From the IMG/VR virus record IMGVR_UViG_3300045988_095223: a DNA stretch of 32,195 nucleotides. One strand, 5' to 3'. This document shows positions 16,259 to 25,299 of this stretch, piece by piece. The position numbers and the translations under genes were made by a program. The stretch comes from a virus. The notes beneath the pieces were generated by a model. It did no database searches. It worked only from the letters and a program-made list of their open reading frames with translations, and had not been told where the DNA came from. Positions within the stretch are counted from its first letter, which is position 1; every line of letters begins with the position of its first letter.

Positions 16259-17233
16259 CTATTTATTTAATTCTTTTATAGTAGCATTTATCTTTTTTAT
16301 TTTAGCATTTGTTTTATCTACCTCACTTCCATTTCCTAAATTTTCATATATCTTTTTATCATTTTTTAATTTAGTTCTTTTTAGTTGTAGGGCTTGTATC
16401 TTTTGCTTTTTTTCATAATCTTCTTGCCACTCATCAGAATTATAATCATTTTCTTGTATCTGGTCTTTATCCCAATATATAGTCCATTGGTGTCTGCAAT
16501 TAGGATGGCCTACACCGCCAGCAATTGCTTCTTCTTGTGGATAATATCTAACACCATCAGAAGTATATCCACTTCCTCCATTTTTGTCATATACCTTACC
16601 TTGATAAGGCATACATAAAGGACAAGCAAATGTATGGGCTGGTAAGTATAAAAGTTCTTTCTCTAATAAATTAGCATCGTACATTGTTCTATTCCATCCT
16701 GCATGATTGAGATTAGTATTATAAAGCATTGAATTATAATCGGCAATGTTGTGCCAACTTCTTACACTTCCATCTTTATTATGGTATGGTATAGTTGCTT
16801 GCACTTCATCATATTTAATTACTAATTTAGATAAATAACTTTCTCTATCTATATAACTTTTGTTTGCTGTTTTTCTTCTGCCTTTATAATATTCATCAAT
16901 GTTATATTTATATTTCTTCTCTACATTTTGGAATACTTTTTCACTTGCTAATTCATATATTTGCTTATATTCGGCATCGGGGTTTATTATTTTATTTCCC
17001 TCTAAATCTCTAGCCATTATCATATCTTCGAGTTCTTTTATTCTTTCAGCCATATATTTATGGTTTACCTTTTCCCATATCTTTGCTGTTTCTTTTTTAA
17101 ACTCTGCTAGAGTTTTATTCTTATATAGGTAATCGAAGAATACTCGTTTAGTTTCATACATTAGTTTATAATATTCATTCTTTGAATAGTAAGCACTATC
17201 TTCTATAAATAAACTAAATGGGTCTTTCTTCAT
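16259..17233 (-). CDS. Minor head protein (SPP1 gp7 / Mu F-like head morphogenesis protein)
   Basis: ..ACPLCMPYQGKVY...GHPNCRHQW motif. Start/stop are coupled to the portal gene. Confidence 0.7.
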   Translation of the reverse strand: MKKDPFSLFIEDSAYYSKNEYYKLMYETKRVFFDYLYKNKTLAEFKKETAKIWEKVNHKYMAERIKELEDMIMARDLEGNKIINPDAEYKQIYELASEKVFQNVEKKYKYNIDEYYKGRRKTANKSYIDRESYLSKLVIKYDEVQATIPYHNKDGSVRSWHNIADYNSMLYNTNLNHAGWNRTMYDANLLEKELLYLPAHTFACPLCMPYQGKVYDKNGGSGYTSDGVRYYPQEEAIAGGVGHPNCRHQWTIYWDKDQIQENDYNSDEWQEDYEKKQKIQALQLKRTKLKNDKKIYENLGNGSEVDKTNAKIKKINATIKELNK

Positions 17234-18597
17234 TATACTTCTCCAAACTTAACTTGTATTGCTTCTTCTTCCTCTTTGTTAGCATTGATTAATTCTTCTA
17301 TTAATTTACTATTCTTACCTACATAGTCATCATCAATTAACTTGTTAAGTATAGGCGTTATTATTTTAGCTTTTACACTATATGGAACACTCCCAACACT
17401 TTGAATTCTTCCTAATACTTGAAGTTTCTTCATATCATTGAATTTTTCATTTGCTCCATAATCCCAATTTAACTCAGTAGGTATTAGATTAACCTGTATA
17501 TTGTTCGCTTGCTGTGCTTTAACAACATTTTCTAGTAAATGATTTATTTGAGGCTCTATTTGTGTTTTTATTGCCTCAATAGTCATATCAGAATTATTCT
17601 TGCTTAAATCTATGCTATCAACATTCTGATAAGCATCTTTTTCATAACCAAATGTTGCAGGACTTAGTCCAGCCATTTGAATTACTTGATAATCGCAAAA
17701 CTTAAACGAACTAATATATTCATTAAATCTAATATTTCCTTGTAAAAACTCAAATAATTGATGGTCTTTATCGCCAGGTAATAAGGTAAAGTAATCTGCT
17801 AATTTACCAACACTTAATGTATCTACTTTGTAGTGATTAGAAGCAGGTTGCCAATTAGTTACTATATCTCCGCTTTGATAATGTTGACTTGTTACTATCT
17901 TAGTTTTGGTCTTTTCTATTTCATCAACAAATGTGTTGAATATTTCCATTTCTTCATTTAAGAACTTTTTACTATCTTTAAAGAAATTCTGACCTATATC
18001 TATATTAATTAAATTTTCATAATTTAATATGTATTTAGGAATATAATCATTGCCAGTTCTTAGATTGAATGTTCCTAAATCAACAGGTATTAACTTGCCG
18101 CCTTTATCTTCTTTAAATGCTTCCATAGTCATATAAGTAATACCATTCTCTAACTTAATATTTCTATGAAGTTCGTATATATCTTCTTTAGTAACAAACT
18201 CTTGTATGATAGTACCACTTATTACTTTGTCATATTTTTGTACTAAATCATGTATATCTGATTTCTTGATGCACTCTAGATATATTTTATTATCAAATTT
18301 ATTTATTAATATAAAACTTTCTTCTTCATATACTGCTAATTCTAGGCTCTCTTTAAGTGTAGGCATCAACCAGTTTATTGATAACCCCTCTGTCTGCGTT
18401 ACTAAGTCTGAACCAAATATTTGATTAACTATATATGTAGCAACTTTTTTGCCACTAGGAGCAATTATATAGTCGTTTTTCTTATAAATATTAGGCTTTC
18501 CATTAGTTATACCAGGTTGAGTTACTGTTGCCTCTACTCTTATATATGGAGCCTCTAAATAGTTGTATGCTGATTTTAATCTTACTTGATTATTCAT
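17233..18597 (-). CDS. Portal protein
   Basis: 454 aa, located between the terminase region and the Mu F-like gene. Confidence 0.7.
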   Translation of the reverse strand: MNNQVRLKSAYNYLEAPYIRVEATVTQPGITNGKPNIYKKNDYIIAPSGKKVATYIVNQIFGSDLVTQTEGLSINWLMPTLKESLELAVYEEESFILINKFDNKIYLECIKKSDIHDLVQKYDKVISGTIIQEFVTKEDIYELHRNIKLENGITYMTMEAFKEDKGGKLIPVDLGTFNLRTGNDYIPKYILNYENLINIDIGQNFFKDSKKFLNEEMEIFNTFVDEIEKTKTKIVTSQHYQSGDIVTNWQPASNHYKVDTLSVGKLADYFTLLPGDKDHQLFEFLQGNIRFNEYISSFKFCDYQVIQMAGLSPATFGYEKDAYQNVDSIDLSKNNSDMTIEAIKTQIEPQINHLLENVVKAQQANNIQVNLIPTELNWDYGANEKFNDMKKLQVLGRIQSVGSVPYSVKAKIITPILNKLIDDDYVGKNSKLIEELINANKEEEEAIQVKFGEV

Positions 18598-18944
18598 TTA
18601 ATATCAACTCCTTCATATATTAGAGTTTCAATATGAGCCTCTCTTTTCTTTTCATCAGTCAATTTATATTTATAACTTTGAACTACTATTTGTACCTTTC
18701 TATTAGTTCCTAGTAAATGTTTCATGCCTCTTACTTTTACTACATAGAACTTACCCATAGGAGCGAAGTCTTTATCTATCTTTTTTTTATCTATACATTG
18801 ACCATTTAAATATAAATATAAAGTCCATTTCTTCTTATTTATTAGATATTTTTTAAATTTTTGCACTTTTTCTACAATTTTATCAATAATAATAGTAAAA
18901 ATGGTACTTAAATTATCAATCAAATTATTGAATAGAGTTCTCAT
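18594..18944 (-). CDS. Hypothetical protein (116 aa from MRTLFNN..)
   Basis: GAAAGGAG Shine-Dalgarno before the ATG at 18944. The ORF-track extension to 18983 runs into the terminator T-tract. Confidence 0.45.
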   Translation of the reverse strand: MRTLFNNLIDNLSTIFTIIIDKIVEKVQKFKKYLINKKKWTLYLYLNGQCIDKKKIDKDFAPMGKFYVVKVRGMKHLLGTNRKVQIVVQSYKYKLTDEKKREAHIETLIYEGVDIK

Positions 18945-18968
18945 TTTTAACTCCTTTCTATGTGTATA

Positions 18969-19006
18969 AATAATAAAAAACATATAGTTATCTCTTTAAC
19001 TATATG
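18969..19006 (-). terminator. Rho-independent terminator immediately downstream of the 19053..19081 promoter
   Basis: Minus strand: CATATAGTTA-aagaga-TAACTATATG (perfect 10 bp) followed by ttttttattattt. Confidence 0.7.
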
Positions 19007-19052
19007 CTTCTTATGTTTACGACACACTTTTTCGCACTTTTCTATCTCTTAA

Positions 19053-19081
19053 ATTATAGCATAATTATTTATTATTGTCAA
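19053..19081 (-). promoter_or_regulatory. Consensus sigma-A promoter: TTGACA, 17 nt, TGcTATAAT
   Basis: Minus strand: TTGACAataataaataattatgcTATAAT. It overlaps the stop of ORF 19065..19280. Confidence 0.7.
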
Positions 19082-19280
19082 CATCTCTTTTATAACTTCT
19101 AATATGTATGTAATGAGTAGGGTATATCTCATATACTTCTATCATTTTACACTTAGGGCAAGGATATTCTATTACCAGTGGAGTTTCTACTTCTATTCCC
19201 ATTTTCTTTAGATTTTTATAATATTCTTCAATTTCTATTTTAAATAAATATCTTTTTGTAGATTTACATCTAATCTCCAT
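19065..19280 (-). CDS. Small zinc-ribbon-like protein
   Basis: 71 aa, with CPKC plus an upstream Cys. Confidence 0.4.
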   Translation of the reverse strand: MEIRCKSTKRYLFKIEIEEYYKNLKKMGIEVETPLVIEYPCPKCKMIEVYEIYPTHYIHIRSYKRDVDNNK

Positions 19281-19294
19281 ATATTCAACTCCTT

Positions 19295-20671
19295 TTATAC
19301 CACTGGCGCTCTATCAGTTTCTTTAAACTCTATTATGATATACCTTAAGGCATCTATGTGGTCATCAAACTCTTTTACATAGGCTTCTTTACCACTTTTA
19401 GCACTTGCCTTTAAGTCATATCTATAACTTTCTAATTCAAGCATTCCATCATCTTTGCCACTATAAACTAATTCGCCACTATCAGTTATATGTTTAATTG
19501 CTTTTTGTTTATATATAAGCAGATATCCTTTATAGAACAAAGATTGCATATATTGAACTCCCTCAACTACATCATCTAAGCTTTTATTGATTAATGTATG
19601 TGATATATTATCAGCAATTAACCTGTTATGGAAATGAGCGGCAGCACTATCTAATACCATAGTGGTAATAGGCACTTGCCCATATTCACTTTTTAGATAC
19701 AATAAGAATAATCTTAGTTGCTTACTAAAATATTCGGTTGTAGGGTTATCTTGTTCTTCTTTAGCATTATGATAGTAATACTCTAACCTTATTAATACCC
19801 ATTTCTTATTTACTTTGTCATAAGCAAGAGCAATAGGTACAAAGGCAGTTGCATGAACTGAACCATAGTCTATACCTATTCCTATTTCTCTAAAAGCATA
19901 ATTATCAAGACTATCTATAACATTTATAATATTGAATACTCTACCAGTAGCAAGTATCCATCTATTAAATATCTTTTGTTCTCTTAGATTTCCAGGGGGG
20001 AACATTTCTAATACCTTTCGCATTGCTTCTTCTGTTTTTATTTTAGGATTATCATAAGGAAAAAACGAATAATGCTTAGCATAGGGCTTTTTATCTATGT
20101 AGTCAATCTTGTATGGGTGATTTTCTCCACCTTCAACATTGAATGAATGTATAGTCTTTAAATAAGGGTGGTCTGCGTAAGATACTTGTCTACCAGGGAA
20201 TTCATTGAATGGCTCTTGTAAATTATCTTGTGAGTATATTCTAGCACTTTCATCTATCCACTCAAATATCAAAGGTTTACCTAGTATCTTGTTAAATGCA
20301 AGCACATTATTAAAACCAAAGAAATAATATCTAATATTATATATTTCTAGATACTTTTCATCAGTCTGCCACCTTAATATATAATCTTTGCCTTTTGTTA
20401 GACCCATATCATCTAGAAACTTTTTTAAAGGTTCTAAGATGTTACCTTTTAATGTCTCTAAACTCCAACCAGTTATAGAACCAAAATAAGTTTCATTTGG
20501 ATTATAGTTATACAAGGCTTGTGCATATAATATACAACCTAAACATATATCAAAGGTCTTGCCGCTTTGCGTACTTCCTAATACATATATTTCAGTTAGA
20601 TTAGGGGTAAGTATATCATTTAGTAGTTGACTTTGCTTTTTTGATAGTGTTAGATTTAGACTTGTTTCCAT
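19295..20671 (-). CDS. terL: Terminase large subunit (PBSX/Terminase_3-like)
   Basis: Walker A VLGSTQSGKT near the N-terminus. 458 aa. C-terminal acidic nuclease-type residues (FDDHIDALRY). Confidence 0.8.
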   Translation of the reverse strand: METSLNLTLSKKQSQLLNDILTPNLTEIYVLGSTQSGKTFDICLGCILYAQALYNYNPNETYFGSITGWSLETLKGNILEPLKKFLDDMGLTKGKDYILRWQTDEKYLEIYNIRYYFFGFNNVLAFNKILGKPLIFEWIDESARIYSQDNLQEPFNEFPGRQVSYADHPYLKTIHSFNVEGGENHPYKIDYIDKKPYAKHYSFFPYDNPKIKTEEAMRKVLEMFPPGNLREQKIFNRWILATGRVFNIINVIDSLDNYAFREIGIGIDYGSVHATAFVPIALAYDKVNKKWVLIRLEYYYHNAKEEQDNPTTEYFSKQLRLFLLYLKSEYGQVPITTMVLDSAAAHFHNRLIADNISHTLINKSLDDVVEGVQYMQSLFYKGYLLIYKQKAIKHITDSGELVYSGKDDGMLELESYRYDLKASAKSGKEAYVKEFDDHIDALRYIIIEFKETDRAPVV

Positions 20672-20852
20672 TTTCCAACTCCCTATCTATTTCTTCAATT
20701 CTCTGAGTAGTCTTTCCTTGACACTCGTTGCTTTCTATATCTTTAATGATTAATTCTCTCTTTTCTAATTTTAGTTTCTCTTCGGTAGATACAATCAAGC
20801 CATTGCTATCTTTGATTAAATATCTATCTTCTCTTAATTTAATAAACTCCAT
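20616..20852 (-). CDS. Hypothetical protein
   Basis: ORF track, 78 aa; overlaps the terL start by 56 nt. Confidence 0.35.
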   Translation of the reverse strand: MEFIKLREDRYLIKDSNGLIVSTEEKLKLEKRELIIKDIESNECQGKTTQRIEEIDRELENGNKSKSNTIKKAKSTTK

Positions 20853-20861
20853 ATTTACCTC

Positions 20862-21104
20862 CTATTTAAGTCTAAATACTTGTCCATTATCAGAATACAT
20901 ACCATATCCATTGCCTAAGTCTTTATATACTCTTCCATTATTTAATTTGATTTTACTTTCCGCTGTTTTCGGAATGTTAGGCATAGCCTTAACAAACTTA
21001 GTAGGTACTTCTACTTTTTCATCTTGAACTTGTGGATTAACTGGCTTATTATCTAAACTAATAACATCTACCTTTTTCTTTCCAGTGTTACTTTTTTTTG
21101 CCAT
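20862..21104 (-). CDS. Hypothetical basic protein (80 aa from MAKKSNTG..)
   Basis: AAAGGAGG Shine-Dalgarno lies 7 nt before the ATG at 21104. The track's upstream GTG extension lacks a Shine-Dalgarno. Confidence 0.45.
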   Translation of the reverse strand: MAKKSNTGKKKVDVISLDNKPVNPQVQDEKVEVPTKFVKAMPNIPKTAESKIKLNNGRVYKDLGNGYGMYSDNGQVFRLK

Positions 21105-21575
21105 TTCTGACACCTCCTTTTTCTTTTTAGTGTTATTAAACACTACACTAATAATATGTCTAGTTTTCCAAAGTAGTTAGCCTGTTAGAAATATAGTGCC
21201 ATAATGGCGAACCTAACTACACTTCCATATTATCAGTGTACTGCTTAATAGATACTGTACCAATGATATATACTATTCATAGTGGAACTATGGACTTCAA
21301 TCTATATCATCAGTACACTACCTACCAGCAGTGCTTATTGTCTATAAAGATGACTTCTACATCAATTTCTTGATTTACTCCATTTTGGAACACATTTATA
21401 GACTACTAGTATTTATAAGCACCATAGAATAGATAAGGACTATGTTTTCCCATTGTTCTATTGATTTATATAGTCAACCTCATAGAACAGGTTATGATAA
21501 TTATCTACTCTATGCTACTTATAAAGGTAACATGCAAGGAAATTGTAAAACACTTTTTCCACTGCATTAATTATA
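21105..21575 (-). other. 470-nt ORF-free, comparatively GC-rich, hairpin- and repeat-dense region between DUF1064/terS and terL (structured RNA and/or packaging site)
   Basis: No ORF on either strand. There is a nested inverted repeat (AGTGTACTG at 21235..21243 with CAGTACACT at 21311..21319). The motif ATAGAA(C/T)A occurs at 21424..21431 and 21482..21489, and inverted at 21454..21461. Confidence 0.5.
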
Positions 21576-21598
21576 CTATATTACTTCTACAAAGTCTA
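21570..21598 (-). promoter_or_regulatory. Candidate promoter: TAGACT, 17 nt, TATAAT, at the 3' end of the DUF1064 gene
   Basis: Minus strand: TAGACTttgtagaagtaatatagTATAAT. It reads into the ORF-free region. Confidence 0.35.
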
Positions 21599-21974
21599 TA
21601 TCAGGATAATTTGCTAATAACATTTTTATTTTAAGCCTATATACCTTGTCTTTTGCTGTTATAGGGCTTTTAACATCCTCAACTATATATTTACCCTTTT
21701 CATTATCAAAATACTTAAAGTCGGCTTTATAATAGGTTTTAGGATATGTTTTGCCTTTATAATAAATTGTATCTAATAATAAGAACTTTGGTTGTAGTTC
21801 TAAATCTTTTATTATTCCTGCTCTTTCTAGTTGCTTTAAAGTGATATATCTAGATTTTTCTTTTTTACTATCAAACTTTATTCCATTATAGATAACCTTT
21901 TTATTATAATATTTATTATTATTGCATAATTTTCCATTTATAACATTAGTGTTCTTTATTATCATATAACACAC
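21576..21974 (-). CDS. DUF1064-family protein (PD-(D/E)XK-like nuclease fold)
   Basis: YNKKVIYNGIKFDSKKEKSRYITLKQLERAGIIKDLELQPKF...YKADFKY...IVEDVKS matches the DUF1064 pattern. The true start may be the ATG at 21965. Confidence 0.6.
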   Translation of the reverse strand: MCYMIIKNTNVINGKLCNNNKYYNKKVIYNGIKFDSKKEKSRYITLKQLERAGIIKDLELQPKFLLLDTIYYKGKTYPKTYYKADFKYFDNEKGKYIVEDVKSPITAKDKVYRLKIKMLLANYPDIDFVEVI

Positions 21975-22335
21975 TCTCTAATTTACTATTATCTACTACT
22001 TCCATTTTAATAGTAGGCATTACTCTCATTTCTCCTGTTGTTTCAACTTTATCAGTTTGTCCTAGATATTGTTTTCCTAGAAATATAGCCATTGTAGGAT
22101 TTTTTTCTGCTAATTTCCATTGAGTTCTACGAAGTGATATTTGACCTTTGCCTCTTTTTATCTTAAATACTTCCGAAAATGTAGTTCCATAAGTTTTCTT
22201 GCACCAACTATTTAAAGTATCATCTTCGACACCAAAGAAATCACATATTTCTAATAAAGTACATTGAAGTCCACATAAATTTTCAAATTGTTTCTTATCA
22301 ATTTTATCCTGTGCTGGTGTATCTCCTTTTACCAT
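21946..22335 (-). CDS. terS: Terminase small subunit (HTH type)
   Basis: FENLCGLQCTLLEICDFFGV..TLNSWCKKTYG..FSEV...KGKGQISLRRTQWKLAEKNPTMAIFLGKQYLGQTD matches a pattern recalled from Firmicute phage small terminases. Confidence 0.6.
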   Translation of the reverse strand: MVKGDTPAQDKIDKKQFENLCGLQCTLLEICDFFGVEDDTLNSWCKKTYGTTFSEVFKIKRGKGQISLRRTQWKLAEKNPTMAIFLGKQYLGQTDKVETTGEMRVMPTIKMEVVDNSKLESVLYDNKEH

Positions 22336-22355
22336 AATATCACTTCCTTTTTATT

Positions 22356-23156
22356 TTAATATAATCCCCATTCTGCAAACTTTTCAAAGCCGCCAATTTT
22401 ATTTATGTAATTTCTTGCTATTTCTACTATTTCTGCATAAGGTTTGCCATCAATAGTATTATCTCCAATAGCACAACATAATTCTACTACTTTACCTGTT
22501 TCTTGTGCTTTTAAGAAAGCATAGATATTTACTGATACATCGGCTTTAGATAAATCTTTACCGTGAAGCCCTCCTCCAGTAACACTTTGTGCCATATCAG
22601 AGCCTAACTTTCTGTTGGTTGCCCCACTATCTACATCAGTACCACCAGTCCAGTCGCCTAATGGATTTACTATTACTTTATCTACAAACCCATTATACAT
22701 CTCTTGTAGTTCCTCGGTTTTAGCATTACTTTGGCATATTATGAATTTATCATCTGTTAATATGTACTTTCCATCACAATGATATTTATTATATATGTTT
22801 CTTGCTTCTATACTAATTGTCTTTTCGTTTTCAGTTAAAGGAACACCTTTAAATATTCCATTATCGCCGCATCTTATTTCTTTACTTTGATTTTCTGCTA
22901 AGTGTTTATCTTGTTTTACTATTTTTATATTCCATTTCCAATTATCGATTTTGGTTATTCTCTTGGCAATATCTCTTATTTCTTTTTTAGAATAATTAAC
23001 ACTTGTTTCTATAATAACACTACAATTATTATGTCCTATAAGTACCTCAACTGCTACTTTAGGATTTTCTTCTTTTGTATAAGCAAGGTCAACTATTGCT
23101 CCTGCTATTCTATCAGCCACTTTATCTGGATGGCTAGGGTTTACTTTTTCTATCAT
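22356..23156 (-). CDS. metK: Miniature S-adenosylmethionine synthetase (MetK-like, 266 aa)
   Basis: SHPDKVADRIAGAIVD parallels GHPDKIADQISDAVLD. GDNGIFKG parallels GDQGLMFGYA. NPLGDWTGGTDVDSGATNRKLGSDMAQSVTGGGLHGKDLSKADVS parallels [46 protein letters not shown]. Confidence 0.75.
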   Translation of the reverse strand: MIEKVNPSHPDKVADRIAGAIVDLAYTKEENPKVAVEVLIGHNNCSVIIETSVNYSKKEIRDIAKRITKIDNWKWNIKIVKQDKHLAENQSKEIRCGDNGIFKGVPLTENEKTISIEARNIYNKYHCDGKYILTDDKFIICQSNAKTEELQEMYNGFVDKVIVNPLGDWTGGTDVDSGATNRKLGSDMAQSVTGGGLHGKDLSKADVSVNIYAFLKAQETGKVVELCCAIGDNTIDGKPYAEIVEIARNYINKIGGFEKFAEWGLY

Positions 23157-23158
23157 TT

Positions 23159-24655
23159 TTATTCTCCTTTATTTAACAATACAGCCTTTTCTCCTGTAAA
23201 ATTTTCCCATCTTTGTATTATTACATCGACCCATTTTGGTTCTAACTCCATTAAGTATGATTTTCTGTTCAATTGTTCACAAGCAATTAATGTTGAACCT
23301 GAGCCGCCAAATACATCAAGGACTATTTCTTTTTCTCTACTGCTTGATTTTATTGCTCTACTACATAATGCTATTGGCTTTGGTGTTGCGTGTCCACCAG
23401 CACTTTTTCTTTCTTCTCCGCTTGTTGTATTAAAATGCCACACATTATTTTGATTGTCGTGGGTATTGTCAAAATATGCTCTTAGTCGGTCATACTCTGT
23501 TCTTAGTTGGTCATACGATTTTTTAAACGCTTCAACATTGTGTTCTTTGGCCCAATTTTGAAATTTAATATAAACATCTTCGGTTGGTAAATTCCACTGA
23601 CTTTTGCTTGTCCAGTGGTCTCTCGATTTATCACTATGTCCAGCAATCATTTTCATTGTTGGAATATCCCAACCACATTTTTTTCTTTCACTTAACAAAT
23701 ATGTTCTAATCGGCTCATATTCTTCCCAATACATATCGCTGTTTAATGTTAAACACTGAATGCCTTTTACGACAAATAAACACTTTTCATCGGCAATAGG
23801 ATACATTTTAAAATTGCTACTTAATTGTCCTTGTCCGTTTCCTTTATCCCAAGTTAATAAATTTCTAAAAGTAATTTTATTTTGTTTTATCATCGGCTTT
23901 AAAATGTTACTGTAAATATCCATTAATGGTTCATCAATGCCCCAACAATACCAACTTCCGTTGTCTTTAGAATAATCTAATGTTAACGGTATCCATTTTT
24001 TATTAAATTCTAATAAATCATCATAATTTAGATTGTCATTTAATACCCCATCTTTTTCTTTTTTCATTCCATAAGGTGGGTCAGTAAATACCATATCTGC
24101 TTTATTACCGTCCATTAGTTTTTCAACATCTTCTTCACTTGTACTATCTCCACACATTAATCTATGGTTTCCTAATTGGTATATATCTCCTAATTTTGCT
24201 TTAGGTTCTTCAGGTGGTTCAATGTCAAAGTCGTCTTCTATAACTTCTTGTTCTTCTTCAACTTGAAATATGTCATCTAATTCATCAACTTCAAACCCTG
24301 TTAATTCTAAATCAAAGTCGAGTTCTTTTAAGTTTTCTAATTCAATTTTTAAAAGTTCTTCATCCCATCCAGCATTTAAAGCCATTTTATTATCAGCTAT
24401 TATGTATGCTTTCTTTTGTGCCTCGGTTAAGCCCTGTAAAATAATACAAGGTACTTCTTCCATTTTTAATTTCTTGCTTGCTAATAATCTTCCATGTCCT
24501 GCTATTATGTTGTCTTTTTCATCAATTAAAAGTGGATTAGTAAAGCCGAACTCATTTATACTTGCGACTATTTGATTTACTTGCTCTTCGCTATGAGTTC
24601 TCGAGTTGTTTATGTATGGTATTAATTCATCAACTTTCTTATAAACTATTTCCAT
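23159..24655 (-). CDS. ParB-like N-terminal domain fused to a beta-class DNA methyltransferase (N6A/N4C family, DPPY type)
   Basis: The N-terminus IIAGHGRLLASKKL is ParB/sulfiredoxin-like. Motif IV is FTDPPYG and C-terminal motif I is VLDVFGGSGSTLIACEQL. Confidence 0.8.
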   Translation of the reverse strand: MEIVYKKVDELIPYINNSRTHSEEQVNQIVASINEFGFTNPLLIDEKDNIIAGHGRLLASKKLKMEEVPCIILQGLTEAQKKAYIIADNKMALNAGWDEELLKIELENLKELDFDLELTGFEVDELDDIFQVEEEQEVIEDDFDIEPPEEPKAKLGDIYQLGNHRLMCGDSTSEEDVEKLMDGNKADMVFTDPPYGMKKEKDGVLNDNLNYDDLLEFNKKWIPLTLDYSKDNGSWYCWGIDEPLMDIYSNILKPMIKQNKITFRNLLTWDKGNGQGQLSSNFKMYPIADEKCLFVVKGIQCLTLNSDMYWEEYEPIRTYLLSERKKCGWDIPTMKMIAGHSDKSRDHWTSKSQWNLPTEDVYIKFQNWAKEHNVEAFKKSYDQLRTEYDRLRAYFDNTHDNQNNVWHFNTTSGEERKSAGGHATPKPIALCSRAIKSSSREKEIVLDVFGGSGSTLIACEQLNRKSYLMELEPKWVDVIIQRWENFTGEKAVLLNKGE

Positions 24656-24657
24656 AA

Positions 24658-24882
24658 TTACCTCTCATTTAATTTTTTTGCTAATTCATAGTTTTTTTCA
24701 TATAATTGTGTTAATTCTTTTTGTAATTTTTTATTTTCTTCTTTTAATCTATCTACTTTGTCTGAATAAAAAGAAAGCAAATTAAAATCTGAGTTACTAT
24801 TATTTATTACTGAATTATATCTATCTTGTAATTTCTTTAATTTTTCTTTTAATATTTTATTTTCTTTATACACTTTAAACAT
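24658..24882 (-). CDS. Hypothetical coiled-coil protein
   Basis: ORF track, 74 aa. Confidence 0.4.
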   Translation of the reverse strand: MFKVYKENKILKEKLKKLQDRYNSVINNSNSDFNLLSFYSDKVDRLKEENKKLQKELTQLYEKNYELAKKLNER

Positions 24883-24883
24883 A

Positions 24884-25297
24884 TTAAACCAACTCTGCCA
24901 TTTCTAATGTTTCTTTATTTAACTCTTCAACTAATTTTAATGCTTCTTCTTTTAAATTAAATGCTTTAGTTAATCCTAGCCCATTTTTAACTACCCATAC
25001 TTGACTTACTTCTACTTTGGCATCTATAATAGTACCTTTATCTTTTTCTTTTTTAGTCTTAGTATATTTATCAACAGGTTTAGTAATTGTAATCTTATTA
25101 TATTCAACATCCTTGTCAATTATCATTTCAAATAATGCTTTCTTATAACTTATTTCATCCAATTCCATATACTCGACATTACATAATAATTGACCTGTTG
25201 GTATTAGCATATAATTTCCTTTTTCGTCTTCGTATTTTGCTATTTCTTTTGTTAGTTTTGACACATTTTTATTAAACTTAATTAAATCTCTTTCCAT
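24884..25297 (-). CDS. Hypothetical protein
   Basis: ORF track, 137 aa. Confidence 0.45.
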   Translation of the reverse strand: MERDLIKFNKNVSKLTKEIAKYEDEKGNYMLIPTGQLLCNVEYMELDEISYKKALFEMIIDKDVEYNKITITKPVDKYTKTKKEKDKGTIIDAKVEVSQVWVVKNGLGLTKAFNLKEEALKLVEELNKETLEMAELV

Positions 25298-25299
25298 TT

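Noticed and set aside
21105-21575. A tRNA gene or a third group I intron in the ORF-free island.
   Set aside because: No cloverleaf with a GTTCGAATC-type T-loop could be traced (GGTTCGCC lacks flanking stems). A GACTAT/ATAGTC pairing exists, but there are no interrupted flanking exons, because the DUF1064 gene ends normally and the downstream ORF has its own Shine-Dalgarno. The GATATAGTCTAATC core shared by the two real introns is also absent.
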